From Chara braunii (taxonomy: Eukaryota; Plantae; Charophyceae), in assembly GCA_003427395.1 (NCBI GenBank), contig BFEA01000008.1, positions 902,602 through 966,601 of the forward strand: 64,000 nt of DNA. The letters run 5' to 3'. This document shows positions 11,575 through 23,964 of this stretch, piece after piece (position 1 is the stretch's first letter; every line of letters begins with the position of its first letter). The notes beneath the pieces were generated by a model. The model did no database searches. It worked only from the letters and a program-made list of their open reading frames with translations, and was not told the DNA's origin. The translations under genes were made by a program, and so were the position numbers.

Positions 11575-12487
11575 GTAAGGCATTTTCTACACGGTTGGGG
11601 CTCGACCAAGGGCGGCCACTTTTGTGGCCAAAATGATGAGGGGTGGAGAAGTATGCTTGTCTCAGCCTTTTGACATCCCAATAATCCATTCGAGGACAGA
11701 TAAGGCATGCAAATGTGCAGTACAAACATCATGGGTCCCCTTCTCTGTCCATCGTAACTCTCTTGCCCGATCTGCTTGTGTGCCTTTCTGATTAATGATT
11801 CAAAACTCAAGTTTCGGACAATGCCATTAATTTCAGCTCAAGAAGAAGTGGAATGAGACATACAAGAAGAAGAAGAAGAAGAAGAAGAAGAAGAAGAAGA
11901 GGAAAAGATCATAGTACTCGTACCAATGACATCTACCTCCTGAGCTTGCCACCTCATTATGTCCCTGAATTACTCCTCGCTATTGGACAATTAATAACGA
12001 AGTAATGAATGAATGGAGTTAACATCGGATGAATGTCCCTCATTCCCCTTGAGAAAGAACCTCTCTTCAGCTATCTTCCATCTCTCCTCTACGAGCCGGT
12101 GCAACTGCCTGTGGGCGTATGAGTACACCAGCAGGTTTTGAGAGCACTCTTTGAGGGATCTGACGTGGGATAGGCAGGGCACTGCAATGCGCTCCCAAGT
12201 TATGAGACTACTATGGTGGTGCCTGCCAAGTGTCTTGGAATCGGCCGGGTTGCATGTGGCAGCCCAAAGGAATTCGAGAGTGCTCTTGAACTGGTTTTCC
12301 CGACAGCTCTCAAATTTATTTTCGAGCTGGGGACTCCAAGGTATGCGTGGGGAAATAGGAACACTCTAAACTCCTTGATTCGGGAGTTGTGTGGCGAGCC
12401 CCATTAGGTGCAGGGAAACTCTGAAGAGAAACCGGGTCCAGGGAAAGCAAAATAGGCCTGACACTTTCATCTCTCTGCCGTGTGTAG

Positions 12488-12571
12488 GATGACTGTGAAG
12501 AGTTTCTGAAGACTGCTCTGCAGAGTTACAGAATGTGCTTAATCACGGGGGACAAGTACGACATTCGTGTG
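12488..12571 (+). CDS. ATM: ATM exon F, phase 0-0
   Basis: tgtgtag| ... gtg|gtgagt; DDCEEFLKTALQSYRMCLITGDKYDIRV resembles DRDNFLKLALEGYKRCLEIGDKYDVRV. Confidence 0.95.
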
Positions 12572-12753
12572 GTGAGTAAAAAAATAGAAAATGCTGTTCT
12601 CACAGTTGTCCCTGCAACATGTTTTGAATCTCACAACTTGCATACATGTCAATCATTCAGCATTACAGCAAGGTACAGTGCACTTTTACTTTTAATGTAA
12701 AGCTAAAACTATTCCAAATACATTGATGGTCATTATTTGTTATATAAATGAAA

Positions 12754-12795
12754 ACACCTATTAGATAAAGCGATCTGAAAAAGATCATTGCATAT
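12754..12795 (+). pseudogene. nad4: Mitochondrial nad4 fragment (NUMT)
   Basis: Translates TPIR*SDLKKIIAY; the nad4 motif is TTxRQxDLKKIIAY. Confidence 0.7.
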
Positions 12796-12834
12796 CCAGG
12801 TGCAGTGGGATTTAAAGGATCTCGTCGTTCAACT
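12796..12834 (+). pseudogene. rps11: Organellar rps11 fragment (probable NUMT)
   Basis: Translates PGAVGFKGSRRST; the S11 motif is GxxGFKGSRRST. Confidence 0.7.
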
Positions 12835-12869
12835 ACTTTGTTGTGGTTTCCTGCTGATAACCTACTTGT

Positions 12870-13036
12870 TCTTGTAATCTCATGGAAATCGTCATAGCAC
12901 AAAAACAGATATGGTTTGGCATTCCCCTTTTTCCTTTATTGATTCTGTTTTTCATTTCTTGTTTAGCAGAAAGTTGGAAACGAGTCGTGCTCCTTTTGAT
13001 TTACCAGAAGCGAAAGCTGAGTTAGTTGCAGGCTAC
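12870..13036 (+). pseudogene. nad1: Mitochondrial nad1 fragment (NUMT) with an 8-nt insertion
   Basis: [53 protein letters not shown]; the hallmark is [21 protein letters not shown]; frame broken by agttggaa. Confidence 0.92.
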
Positions 13037-13448
13037 CCAATCATGGTGACGGTGGACCCGGACACTGGACCAGTCCAGGCGTCCGGCCGGACCTGTGTCT
13101 GGACTGCTCCAGGCCGTCCGAATTGAAAGTTAAAAAGTAATAAAAACCCACTTTTTTATTTTTAAAAAAAAATCGTTTTTACTTTATTCCTTGGATTTGG
13201 CTACGAATTTCGAGATGGTCCTCAGCCAAAAGATTTTTGTATTGCAATGCTGCACAACATATCTTTTTTTCAGATTTTTTTGGTTTTTTTCAAGTCGGAT
13301 TCTTTTTTAGGGTGGGGGTGGGGGGATGGATCCGGGCACTCTGGACCGGACACCAGATCCGGACATCAAGACCCAGACCGTCTGCACTGCGTTCCGGACA
13401 TCCGGATCTTAAACATGCCCCCAGTTATAACCATAGTTTTTTATTCAC

Positions 13449-14064
13449 CTAGGCTGGGCCGCCCCCCGGTCGGTTGGGCCCGGGGGGTCCGCCCGGCGAA
13501 ACTGGGCGACGCAAAAACACAGCAAGGAATTTTTTTTTTTTTTTTTTTTGAAGGCGGGGTTGTGCTGCGNNNNNNNNNNNNNNNNNNNNNNNNNNNNNNN
13601 NNNNNNGCGGGTTGGGGGGGGGGGGCTGGGGGAGGGACGTCAGTGGGGTCTCTTGGGGGGGTCTGGGGAATGTCAGTGCTGGTATGTCACAGACCTTGCA
13701 GGTGTGTATGTGGAAGAAGAAGAAAAGGAGGACGAGGGGACGAGGGCCGGTGGTTCCCGCCCTCAGGGATTCGAAATCACGGCCCATCTGGGCCGTCGAT
13801 CCTGGAGATTGACGGCGCAGATGGGCCCCGATTTCGAATTCTTGAAATCGGGCCTACCGGCCCTTTTTTTTCAACTCTATTGGCCTGGACGGCCTCCTTT
13901 GGGGGGAAGAAGGCCCCCCGCATCGAAAATGGCCGAAACCCCCCCCCACTTCTGGGATGCGCTGGGGTCGCCCGGTGGCCAACCGGGCGGGACAACCGGC
14001 CAGGCGGCCCGGCGCCCCCCCTGGGCAACCACCAGGCCGCCGGGCGGCCCGGGGACCAGCCTAG
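13449..14064. mobile_element. hAT MITE (CTAGGCT family)
   Basis: TIR CTAGGCTGG / CCAGCCTAG; perfect TSD ttattcac (13441-13448, 14065-14072). Confidence 0.92.
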
Positions 14065-15602
14065 TTATTCACAGAATATTGCCATTTTGGATCAACAAAC
14101 AGGGGCAAAGCCCTGGCTCCACCTCACAAATCAGGGGGGGGAAAAAAAAGGACCAGACTCCTGGGTTCTCCTGGCCATAAAAGGGGGAGATATTCAGAAA
14201 AGGGGGGGAGGGGGTATACTTTTGTTCTTTGTATTTTTATTTTTGGGTGGGAGTTTCACAGCGCAAGTGGAATACCACGACTAGTGTTAAAGTCTGCTCC
14301 AGCTGTGAGTATTGAGAACACTGTGAAGTTTGTCTAAAGAATTCTAGATGTGTAGGTCCTGCAGGGTCCTATGTGTCCATGAGAAGCTGATCAGCACACT
14401 TGAAGAACAACAAAATAAGAGAAACGGATGTCCAGGTCCTACTCCTGTGTCCAAGAGGAGTCGACAGTATTCTTGTTTGTAGACTCTAGGTTTCAATTGG
14501 GCTGATGGTCAGAGGTGGATTCAGCAACCATGGATGACGAAGCAGAAGGGTGGTTTGCAGGAGAAGCCCCCGGATGATGATCACGTGGTGGTGATCGAAA
14601 TGCGGCACAGGGGTAACTGCTTGAGGTTGTGGGGGGGGGCTACGGCACTGTCTTTTGTGTAGTCGAAGTGAAATTGGTTTCCTTGATATCTGGTTCTTCG
14701 TGCTCACAAGTCCGGCCTCTGTGTTTCCCGGTTCGCAGCGTGTTGTGGTTGAATGCATTAATGTTAGCTCACGTTGTGAAGAGAGGAATGCACGACAAAT
14801 GGGCTGTTGAGGGACATCTGATCTCAAGGATACGACTGGCTAACTTGCAATGCAAATACAAATTTTGTGTGCAAGAAATCTTTGTACGCATTCTCTTTTC
14901 GCAGTTTCTCCCGATAGGAGACGGATGTCCAGGTCCTACTATGTCCTATGTGTCCAAGAGGAGTTAACAGTATTCCTGTTTGTAGATCCTAGGCTCGAAT
15001 CGGGCTGATGGTCAGAGGTGGAGTCAGCAACCATGGATGGGAAGCAGAAGGGTGTTTACACGGGCTTAAAGGCCGACCCAGATGTAGATTTGGAGTATCT
15101 TTCGTGCACACTTGGGCCTGGTCTCGGGATCAGATCCCGTGTGAGCCCAACATTCTGGGAATGTGGAATCTGTTTCTTTTATAGCCTGGTAGTTTGTCTG
15201 CTCTGTCTTGCTCTGTCTCCATATGGTAAGGAGCTCTTTCAGTTTGGTGAAGCTGGAGACAATCGGCTGTAAAAGGGTTAAGTTTGGTTAAACCAGTAGC
15301 TTTGTGCCTGGAAAGCATGTACTCTTCTTGTTGGATTACACGTGCTAAGGAACAGAGAATTTGGTTTACACCCGCCACAGAACAGAGAAAAAGATAGCAA
15401 CCAGCGCCTTCTTCAACTCAGTCATGCCTCCCAGGAATGGATGGGATTCGAACCCCTGTAATAGCCTGTCAGTGTGGCATTATTAGCATGTACATTTGTC
15501 ACTACTGCAATGGATGCTTTATGGTTTAATTTATGACAGGTTTCTCATTATCCTCTTGAGTTGACTGCAATCTTTTCTTATTTTATTACTTCCTTTATCT
15601 AG

Positions 15603-15683
15603 GTTTTCCGCTTGATATGTGTGTGGTTCAACCTATCGGGGCAGCAGCAAGTCAATCAAGAAATGCTGGAGACAATCGATAAG
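15603..15683 (+). CDS. ATM: ATM exon G, phase 0-0
   Basis: Long pyrimidine tract then tctag| ... aag|gtgatg; VFRLICVWFNLSGQQQVNQEMLETIDK resembles VFRxVSxWFSLxxxxxVxxxMLxTI. Confidence 0.93.
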
Positions 15684-16149
15684 GTGATGTACTTTCCCAT
15701 TGGCCATCTGCTCATATGCGACATACATACTAAATTTACTTAAATGTCTAGCTCACACTGTTCTTGTGTGCTTTCTTTTCTTTATGTCCAAAAGATAGGT
15801 GCCTTCACCTCACCCCATCTGTCAATGTTTTTTTCTATTCAGCTTGTCTATGAACTATCCCCTCCCTGAAAAGCAAAAAATTTAGCCTTAAAGCCACAGC
15901 TCCGTTTCCTTGTTGAGAGAGTTCCTATTTCACTTCCTAAAACTAGTTGTCCCGGTGTAATGACTGCAACAACCCTCGCAAAGTCCCTGCTGAACAGGGC
16001 TCAGGCGAACAGCCCTCGCATGACCCCTAAAGAATCAAACTGATTCAAAGTTTCAAACGTCATAGCGCCATCCCCTACTCTTGAAACTTGAACTGAGAAT
16101 ATGGCACTGCATAGGGCTTGTAGCTGCCCTTCAGAAAAACTGTTCAACA

Positions 16150-16204
16150 GCTCCAGCTATCCTGAGGGAAACTTTGGAGGGAACCAGCTACTAGACGGTT
16201 TGAT
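16150..16204 (-). rRNA. About 55-bp fragment of nuclear 25S/28S rRNA (non-functional)
   Basis: gctccagctatcctgagggaaactttggagggaaccagctactagacggtt is the reverse complement of the conserved LSU segment containing the LR5 primer site TCCTGAGGGAAACTTCG (one mismatch). Confidence 0.85.
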
Positions 16205-16954
16205 AGCTGCCCCTGAGNNNNNNNNNNNNNNNNNNNNNNNNNNNNNNNNNNNNNNNNNNNNNNNNNNNNNNNNNNNNNNNNNNNNNNNNNNNNNNNNNNN
16301 NNNNNNNNNNNNNNNNNNNNNNNNNNNNNNNNNNNNNNNNNNNNNNNNNNNNNNNNNNNNNNNNNNNNNNNNNNNNNNNNNNNNNNNNNNNNNNNNNNNN
16401 NNNNNNNNNNNNNNNNNNNNNNNNNNNNNNNNNNNNNNNNNNNNNNNNNNNNNNNNNNNNNNNNNNNNNNNNNNNNNNNNNNNNNNNNNNNNNNNNNNNN
16501 NNNNNNNNNNNNNNNNNNNNNNNNNNNNNNNNNNNNNNNNNNNNNNNNNNNNNNNNNNNNNNNNNNNNNNNNNNNNNNNNNNNNNNNNNNNNNNNNNNNN
16601 NNNNNNNNNNNNNNNNNNNNNNNNNNNNNNNNNNNNNNNNNNNNNNNNNNNNNNNNNNNNNNNNNNNNNNNNNNNNNNNNNNNNNNNNNNNNNNNNNNNN
16701 NNNNNNNNNNNNNNNNNNNNNNNNNNNNNNNNNNNNNNNNNNNNNNNNNNNNNNNNNNNNNNNNNNNNNNNNNNNNNNNNNNNNNNNNNNNNNNNNNNNN
16801 NNNNNNNNNNNNNNNNNNNNNNNNNNNNNNNNNNNNNNNNNNNNNNNNNNNNNNNNNNNNNNNNNNNNNNNNNNNNNNNNNNNNNNNNNNNNNNNNNNNN
16901 NNNNNNNNNNNNNNNNNNNNNNNNNNNNNNNNNNNNNNNNNNNNNNNNNNNNNN

Positions 16955-19900
16955 GGGGGGGGGGGGGGCAGTGAACGGGATCGACCATAACTCGTGGATC
17001 TTCTTCCATATCCAGATTGCTTCAGGGCAGAAGAGGAGGCAGTGGGGGATGTCTTCGGGTGAGTCGTTGCTGCACATGGAGCAGCATGCCGAGCTATCAG
17101 GATCAGAATGTTTCCTTCTCTCGTGTAACCATTGGTCGACTGGCAGGGCTGCATGCGCTAATAGCCATTGCATACTTCGGATTCTACTTGGTCTGATGAG
17201 AAGGTATTTGGTCCACGTGATGGTGATGGGGGTCGTGGTATCTGGGTTCAGTATGGTTCTCCATTTCTCTGCCAGCCTTGAATTCGGGTCCCTGGTTTGT
17301 AGTCCGAGGTTATACCCGAACTTTACGTCATATTCTGTTATCCTTCTCGATTTACTGGCAGCGCCCAGATCCCAGATCCATTCCTTTGGGTCGAATTCCA
17401 ATTCGTTGATGCTGAGTTCCGACTGGAATATAAGCCAGGGTGTCTTGTGAGAGACTAACCTTCCTGAGAAGGCAGGTTTCTATTTGTTCGTTCTGTGGTG
17501 TTTTGTTTAGGATCTCTAGTTCATATAGGTTGTGTTTGATGATGGGGTAGGATATGGACTTGGCCTGGTAGTTGATTAAGTTTGGTTTTGACACAAAACG
17601 GTAGGCTTTCGTTGGTGGGGTCTGTGCGATGAGCAGTCCCCAGCCTCCTGGTTTCCACTTATGTGTCTCTTTTAGGAGGGTCGTCCATGGGGGGGGAAAT
17701 GCTTTGGAGGATTTCGGACAGGTTGGTGGTCAGTAGATGGCAGCCTTTTAAGGGAGTGCGGAGGTCCTGTGTGGTGAGTCATTCTTGTCGGTCTTCGGAC
17801 CACAGATGTTGACCTTCCATACTCCTCTCTCCACCCATGACAGCCATTTGGGGTCTTTGGCCTGGAGAGTCCACGGTCTGCCCTCTGTGTCTTTGATCCA
17901 GGGATTTCAGAACAGGGGTTGTCATAGGACTTCCTCTTTGTTGCCCGGGGGGCCTTTCTTTTCTTTCATCAGACGGCGCCAGGTTTTAAGGATCGGAGAC
18001 CAGCAGGGGGTGGGTGTAGTGGGGGCTCGAATGGGGGTCACTGGGTTAGTTTTCCTTGCTGGTCTTCCCGATTTGATTGTCTACTCCTTTGCCATGATCC
18101 AGAATAGGCCACTCATGTTCGGTGGGGTCGCTTCTGGTGCCAAATTCGTTATGTTGTCTATCGCCATCGTAGTCCACGGGAAGGCTTGTTTGGTTAGGAT
18201 TTTGATTATCCATTTGATTTGGAGGGCGATCGTTTCCTGTTTAGGGTCGATTATACCTAGCCCCCCTCGTGGTTTCCTGATGACAGTTTGCCAGGCCACC
18301 TTGTTTATGCAAGTGGTTTTGTTGGGGTCACCAGTCCACAAATAGCACCTGGCTCTCGCCTTCAGCTTCTTCAGGTCGTCGTCGGGGGGCCACCATATGG
18401 AGGCCATGTACCACAAGGTGGAGAATATTGTTGTGTTGATAATCAGGGCTCTCCCTAGTAGGTAGGCTTGGGCTTTGTTGCAGGTGGCTAAACGGGTTAT
18501 TGCTCTGGCGAGCAGTGACTCCCCCATCCCTTGCCAGATGTCGTCCCTGTTTACCATGCCTAGATATCGAAGTGCTTGATCGGTTGTAGTCCAAGACATT
18601 GGGGTGGATGGGTCAGGGGTTGGGGGGGGGTGCCTTCTGAGAGCCACCACCCTTCCGTTTTCAGCCAATTCACCTTCATTTCTGAGGCGAGTCTGAAGGC
18701 TTCCATGACGCGGGCTAGGGCCTGGAAGGAGTTGTTAGCGTGAATGAGGCCCGTGAGATCGTCTGCGAACATCTGTGCAGTGGGGAGAGCAAAGCCGTGG
18801 AGGGGGTTGTAGTTTTGTTCGGTGAGGCGGTCTATGGATGGGTCCTTGCATAGGGAAGATGCGATGGCTTCCATTATGAACAGGAATATTGGGGGTGCAA
18901 GGGGGTCGCCTTGCCGAACGGATCTCGATCAGGTAGGTTTCTGACAGTATTATGTTTATCTGCACCCTGCCCGTGGCATCCCCATAGAGTACTCTCACCC
19001 ATTCTCTGAAGTTTGGGCCGACTCCCATCTTCTCCATGCAGCTGTGGAGGAAGTCCCAATTGAGTTGATCGTACGCCTTTTCAAAGTCGAAGAATAAGAT
19101 CGCCGCTTGCATTCGTTTTTCCGTGACTTTACGGCCTCATTTAGAGCCATCACATTACCCAGAATGTATGGACCCGGGATGAATCCTGCTTGGTCGATGT
19201 GAAAGCAACTATCTGTTAGTTTTATGAAGGCACTGAATTCTGACAACTCAACTTTGTTCTCTCAGGATGTCGTAGGTGTTCGTGGATGTGTGGATGCCTG
19301 CTACCAGGCCTTTGCTGCTCCGGCCTGTCTTCTCCTAATGCTTCATGCATGCCATTCGGATGTCGAATTCTTTCTCCCTCTCATTTTTGGCTCTTTCCAT
19401 ATATTCCTGCAGCCAGGCGACGGGGGAGTCTCCTTGTTCTTTTGGTTTGCCTACTATGTCGCTCTTGGAGGGAGATATGTCCATTCCTTTGTGAGTACAG
19501 TCCTGATCTGTTGTTGGGTTGGGGTCTGAATCATTCGGGGCTGCCTGTGTGCTCTATGTGTCATCGGGGGTGCTTCCCTTTTCAGTTGAGTTGTTCTTTC
19601 TTATTTTCTTCCCACTTGGTGTCTCGGTGTTCTCCTTTCGTGGTGAGGCCTGTCTCTTGAAGGAGGGGTCGGTCTGAATGGTGCGTTCCTTGATGATCTG
19701 TTTGGCTGGGCCCAGGATGTTGTTGTCATCCTCTCGCTTGGCGAGGGCGTCTGCAGTCTGCTGTCTGATTGAATCGAGATCCCACAATAGGTCTTCGTGT
19801 TTCTTCTCTTCTTTGATCGCCCGGGAGTCCACCACCGGGTCTGAGTAGATTTTCCTTGGGATCCCTGTTATCTTCTTTGCTCCCGCGTGGTGCCATTTGC

Positions 19901-22172
19901 TGTCTGGCGGTGGGAAGATGTCTGGCTGTTTGGTTGTCGGAGTTGTGTTCGTGTATGTCCATATCCACTTAGGCTCTGGGATGTTGTCGTCGAAGACCCA
20001 GCCGTCGTAGTTTGGGTCATTGACGAACCAGATACCTTTGGCCTTTTCAACTTCGACGAGCATGTTCTGTCTCAGTTTTTTCTGTTCAGGGGAGCGTGGG
20101 CATTTGGGATCTGTTCCCAGGTGACCTCTTTCTCGCACCTGAAGCAGATTGGCGAAGCTTTGGTAGACATTGTTACTGATGTGACTTTGTCCCCAATGAG
20201 ACTGCCACTCCTCTGGGAACACCGGGGGGTCGTCGGTCAGTACCTCCAGGATTGCTGTTAGGGAATCGCACTGGGGGGCCAGGAAGTCGGGCGTGGGGAG
20301 GACCCACTTTATCACTTTGTTTGCCGGGTAGTCGACTTCCAACTGGTCCTTTCAGGTGGTCGCCTCTGGGTTGGATGTTGTCGAATTGTACCCAGAACTG
20401 CTCCGTCATCAACCGCTGTTTGTAGGAGGGAGCTGGTGAGACTTCAGCTCGCTGGGCTGTCTCCGGTTTCCAGTTTGGCAGGGTGCAGACAAATCCATTG
20501 CAGTTCAAGGTTTCACATTTCTCCAACATGTGAGTTGCTTGGTCTGCATCTTTGAAGACCACCATCATCATGGTTCTTCCCAGGCCTAGCAGGGAGAACA
20601 TGTCAACTTCTGTTTTGATGTTCTCATGTTCCTGGATGGTTTTCACCATCCATTTCCTTTTCTCAATAGGGGAGAGTCTTGCACCGGCGTTGGAGAAGGA
20701 GAAGATGAGTGCATGCTTCTCGTATGTCGCGTTGGTGTCGGCGATCTTGTCTTTTGGGTACGCCCAAGCGGTCTTCCTCATCGGTATTGTCCTTAACGTT
20801 TCTGATCTTGATTGTGACTTTCTCTCCTTTAATTTTTGGGGCTTCCAACAGGAAACGAAGTGTCTCATGATCGACGTTGGATACAATTTGGGATGGGTCC
20901 TTTGAGGTGGCTGTTTTTGTTGCTGCTACCGTGTTGTAGCGGCGTTGGTAGTTTTGGGCCATGCTTGCTGTCGTTCGTTTCGTTTTTTCTTAATGATTGC
21001 TTTTCCTCTTTTTGCGATGTATTTGTGTTTCGTCAGTTTGATTGTTGTTGTTGTTTTTCTTTTTGCCTGGGCATATACGGGTATGCCCTGCGCAGGAATC
21101 GGGATTGGTTGGTGTCGGTTGGTGGCGGGGGGGGACATTGGGGGGTTGAGGGATTATAGTTGGGATCTAGAGGCGTGTTGGGTGGTGATCACACCTTGGT
21201 GCATGGGCGTCCGGATGGGGGGGTATTGGTTTTCGGGTGGTGGTTGGAGATGGGGGCTGGGTTGCTACGGCTTACCGGACATGGGAGATCGCCCGGGTCT
21301 CACTGTTGGAGCGTTGTCGGGGGTTAGAGGAAGGGAGGTGGAATTGGGGCTGTCGCTGATGGCAGTTCCCTTGGTTTAGTTACTTACCTGATGTAAGTCG
21401 CTGTTTGTCGTCTGCTGGTGGCTGTCTTTGTTGCCGGGTGGAAGATGCCTTGCTGACGTGGCGGAGTTGGCTTCGCCGATGGAAGNNNNNNNNNNNNNNN
21501 NNNNNNNNNNNNNNNNNNNNNNNNNNNNNNNNNNNNNNNNNNNNNNNNNNNNNNNNNNNNNNNNNNNNNNNNNNNNNNNNNNNNNNNNNNNNNNNNNNNN
21601 NNNNNNNNNNNNNNNNNNNNNNNNNNNNNNNNNNNNNNNNNNNNNNNNNNNNNNNNNNNNNNNNNNNNNNNNNNNNNNNNNNNNNNNNNNNNNNNNNNNN
21701 NNNNNNNNNNNNNNNNNNNNNNNNNNNNNNNNNNNNNNNNNNNNNNNNNNNNNNNNNNNNNNNNNNNNNNNNNNNNNNNNNNNNNNNNNNNNNNNNNNNN
21801 CCCTTGGAGTGGGAAAGCCCGATAACGGGCTGAAGGCGCCTTGTTTGAAGGTGGGTTGCCTCTCCCTCCGAGTAGACTGCTGCCTCCTTCGGATCCTTGG
21901 CTGCTTGTGGGGACGGGGCACGTGGGATGAGTGAGTGATGTCGGGGATTGCTCTTCCAGGCGGGACGCGATGGCGGGTCTTGCCGCCTTTATTCGAACCT
22001 GGCGAGGGCAAGAACGTGTGGGCAAATTCGCGCGGGAGATTTCCCGTGGCGAGCTTCAGGTGGGAAAGCGACTTGGGAGAAGCCGCGCGAGCGAAACTGT
22101 GGTAGGGGGGGGTCGGCCCAGCGGGTCTGGTTCGGGCGCTAGCGCAATTTTACGCAGCGCTGCGTTAGCAAC
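16955..22172 (-). mobile_element. L1/Tx1-type LINE A, decayed, endonuclease region deleted; 3' end lost in the N gap
   Basis: ORF1-like 19554-20962 (...CTLPNWKPE...FWVQFDNIQP); RT motifs DQAGFIPG, FFDFEKAYD, RQGDPLAP, FADDLT, YLG (18560-19225); GGLGI; C-terminal CSMC...HCLLFC zinc finger near 17030-17090; many frameshifts. Confidence 0.92.
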
Positions 22173-22281
22173 GTTGTGGAAGTTCTTAAATAGTCATTAA
22201 GGAAGAAAAGACTGTTGTGAGGGGCGTGACACTGGCTGTCGCGTCCTGGCAGTTCCAGCCAATGAGAAAGATTGTTCAAAA

Positions 22282-22478
22282 GGAGTTTTCCTCGTATATC
22301 TTGACGTTAGTCATGGCTGGACCTCAGCAAAAGGTTGAAATCCGTTTTCAACGAGTGCTTGTCCTTCTGGCATAAAGTACGGAGTTTTCCTCGTATATCT
22401 TGACGTTAGTCATGGCTGGACCTCAGCAAAAGGTTGAAATCCATTTTCAACGAGTGCTTGTCTTTCTGGCATAAAGTG
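22282..22478. repeat. Tandem duplication, 99-bp unit
   Basis: ggagttttcctcgtatatcttgacg...ggcataaagt at 22282 and 22381. Confidence 0.9.
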
Positions 22479-22640
22479 TGCTTGAGCCTGAAAATTTTTT
22501 GAGGTGATACTGTGGCCAGGCTTGTCCAGATTTGTATGACCAAGCCTTTTTCATGCAAAAAATAGTTGGATGGACAAAACCCTTCCAGAAAATTGTGAGC
22601 TCAGAGCCTGTCTGCATGATTTTGATTTTGTAACCTATTT

Positions 22641-23236
22641 GGTAGGGTTCTGCACGTGGGGAAGGCTCTGGACTATGTGGTGGGTTCCACACGTTTAGCC
22701 CTGGGCCACTCGTTTTGGCCCAGGCCCACACGTTTTGAGGCAGGCCCGGGTACCTCCANAGAGGTATAAATAAAGAGGCAGCGTCCAGCCATGCATTCAT
22801 TCGCCTGTGAGCCATGCGGAAGAGCTGCCTTGGTATCTTGTGCGTGGAGGTCTGCAGGTGCCCGGAGAGGAAGTGGGATGTGAAGAAGACAGCGGCCATA
22901 GTGAACCAGCGAGGGAGACACCGGTGGCCATAGCTAGGAGGAAGACGACGGCGGCCATAAGCGCCCAGCTGTTGGTGTAGACAGAGTGTACAGAGTGTGA
23001 GTGGCGGTGCAGCGTGGACATTCAGGGTGATCCTCGTACGTGTGTGCATGCGAGAGTGTGGGAAATGAGGCTGGCGGTAGAGACGGTGTTCGGCGGCCAT
23101 AGCCGCAAGTTGTACAGCTGGTTCAGATTGAGTTTAATACAAGTTTATTGTCGTTTCTGAGTTGGAAGAGTTTGATTTTGCCATCGGTTCTCAAGTGTGC
23201 ATGTTGAAAGCAAGTCCAGAGTCGAGTCTGATTGCA
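22641..23236 (+). repeat. 5' LTR (5'-truncated)
   Basis: Aligns to about 30148-30770; ends ...tctgattgCA; TATAAATAAA at 22765-22774. Confidence 0.9.
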
Positions 23237-23237
23237 T

Positions 23238-23249
23238 TGGTATCGGAGC
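23238..23249 (+). promoter_or_regulatory. Primer-binding site for initiator tRNA-Met
   Basis: TGGTATCGGAGC, 1 nt after the LTR; the canonical plant PBS is TGGTATCAGAGC. Confidence 0.9.
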
Positions 23250-23322
23250 TGGTACCCGTTGTCCATGTCGGCGGAGCTGCAGCAAGTGAAGAAGAAGGTA
23301 GAGGCCGCCATGGCTGAAGCTC

Positions 23323-23385
<63 letters not shown>

Positions 23386-23964
23386 GGGGACGACAACCAT
23401 AGCTGTCAAGCTCGGGGCAAGAGACGACCAGCGAGAAGAAGAGAGACACAGAGAAAAGGAAGGGAGACGAAGTCAACCATAGCTGAGGTGAAGAAAAAGG
23501 TTTTTGACGAGGAAGAAGATCAGCCATAGCCGGGAGGTTGAAGGGTTCACTAGGAGAGTTGACCAGTGTTGACCGGACGTTAACCAAGAGTTGACCACGG
23601 GGGTTGACCAAGGGTTGACCAAGGGCGTTGATCGAGCGTTGACCGAAGCTGATCAGGGCGTGGACCAGGAGCGTTGATCTGCGAGTTGACCAAGACCGTT
23701 GACTGGAGCGAGAAGATACACGGTACCATCTTTCCAAGCCCTGGCCTATCCCTTTACCCGTGGATGTGCACCTCCACCCCGGTACTTGTTGGCGTTGAGT
23801 CTGTCAAGATCAGTCAGTCATATCTCCCTGTCACTACTGTCCAAGTCGCTAGGACTCTGCGTGTGTGGTCATAGAGCCGTGAGTCCAGTCCGAGTAGTGA
23901 GTTAAGTCCCCGTAAGCGGAGTAACCCGTACGGTCTAAGTGTTGAGGTGTGGAATCATTGTTGA

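Noticed and set aside
13038-13440. MITE-like element rich in ccggac/gtccgg motifs (related ends at 1-150 and 6106-6213)
   Set aside because: Probably a real TIR family, but the termini are degenerate and no matching TSD could be identified, so boundaries are not defensible.
14420-15055. About 135-bp direct repeats with a CTGATG...GACGAAG stretch suggesting a Penelope pseudo-LTR hammerhead
   Set aside because: The core lacks CUGAUGA and GAAA, the second copy loses the putative stem II, and the minus-strand translation looks like late LINE ORF2.
16101-17450. Long ORFs of 270-450 aa (and 21376-22025)
   Set aside because: Their length comes from N gaps translated as X; only the LINE portion is real.
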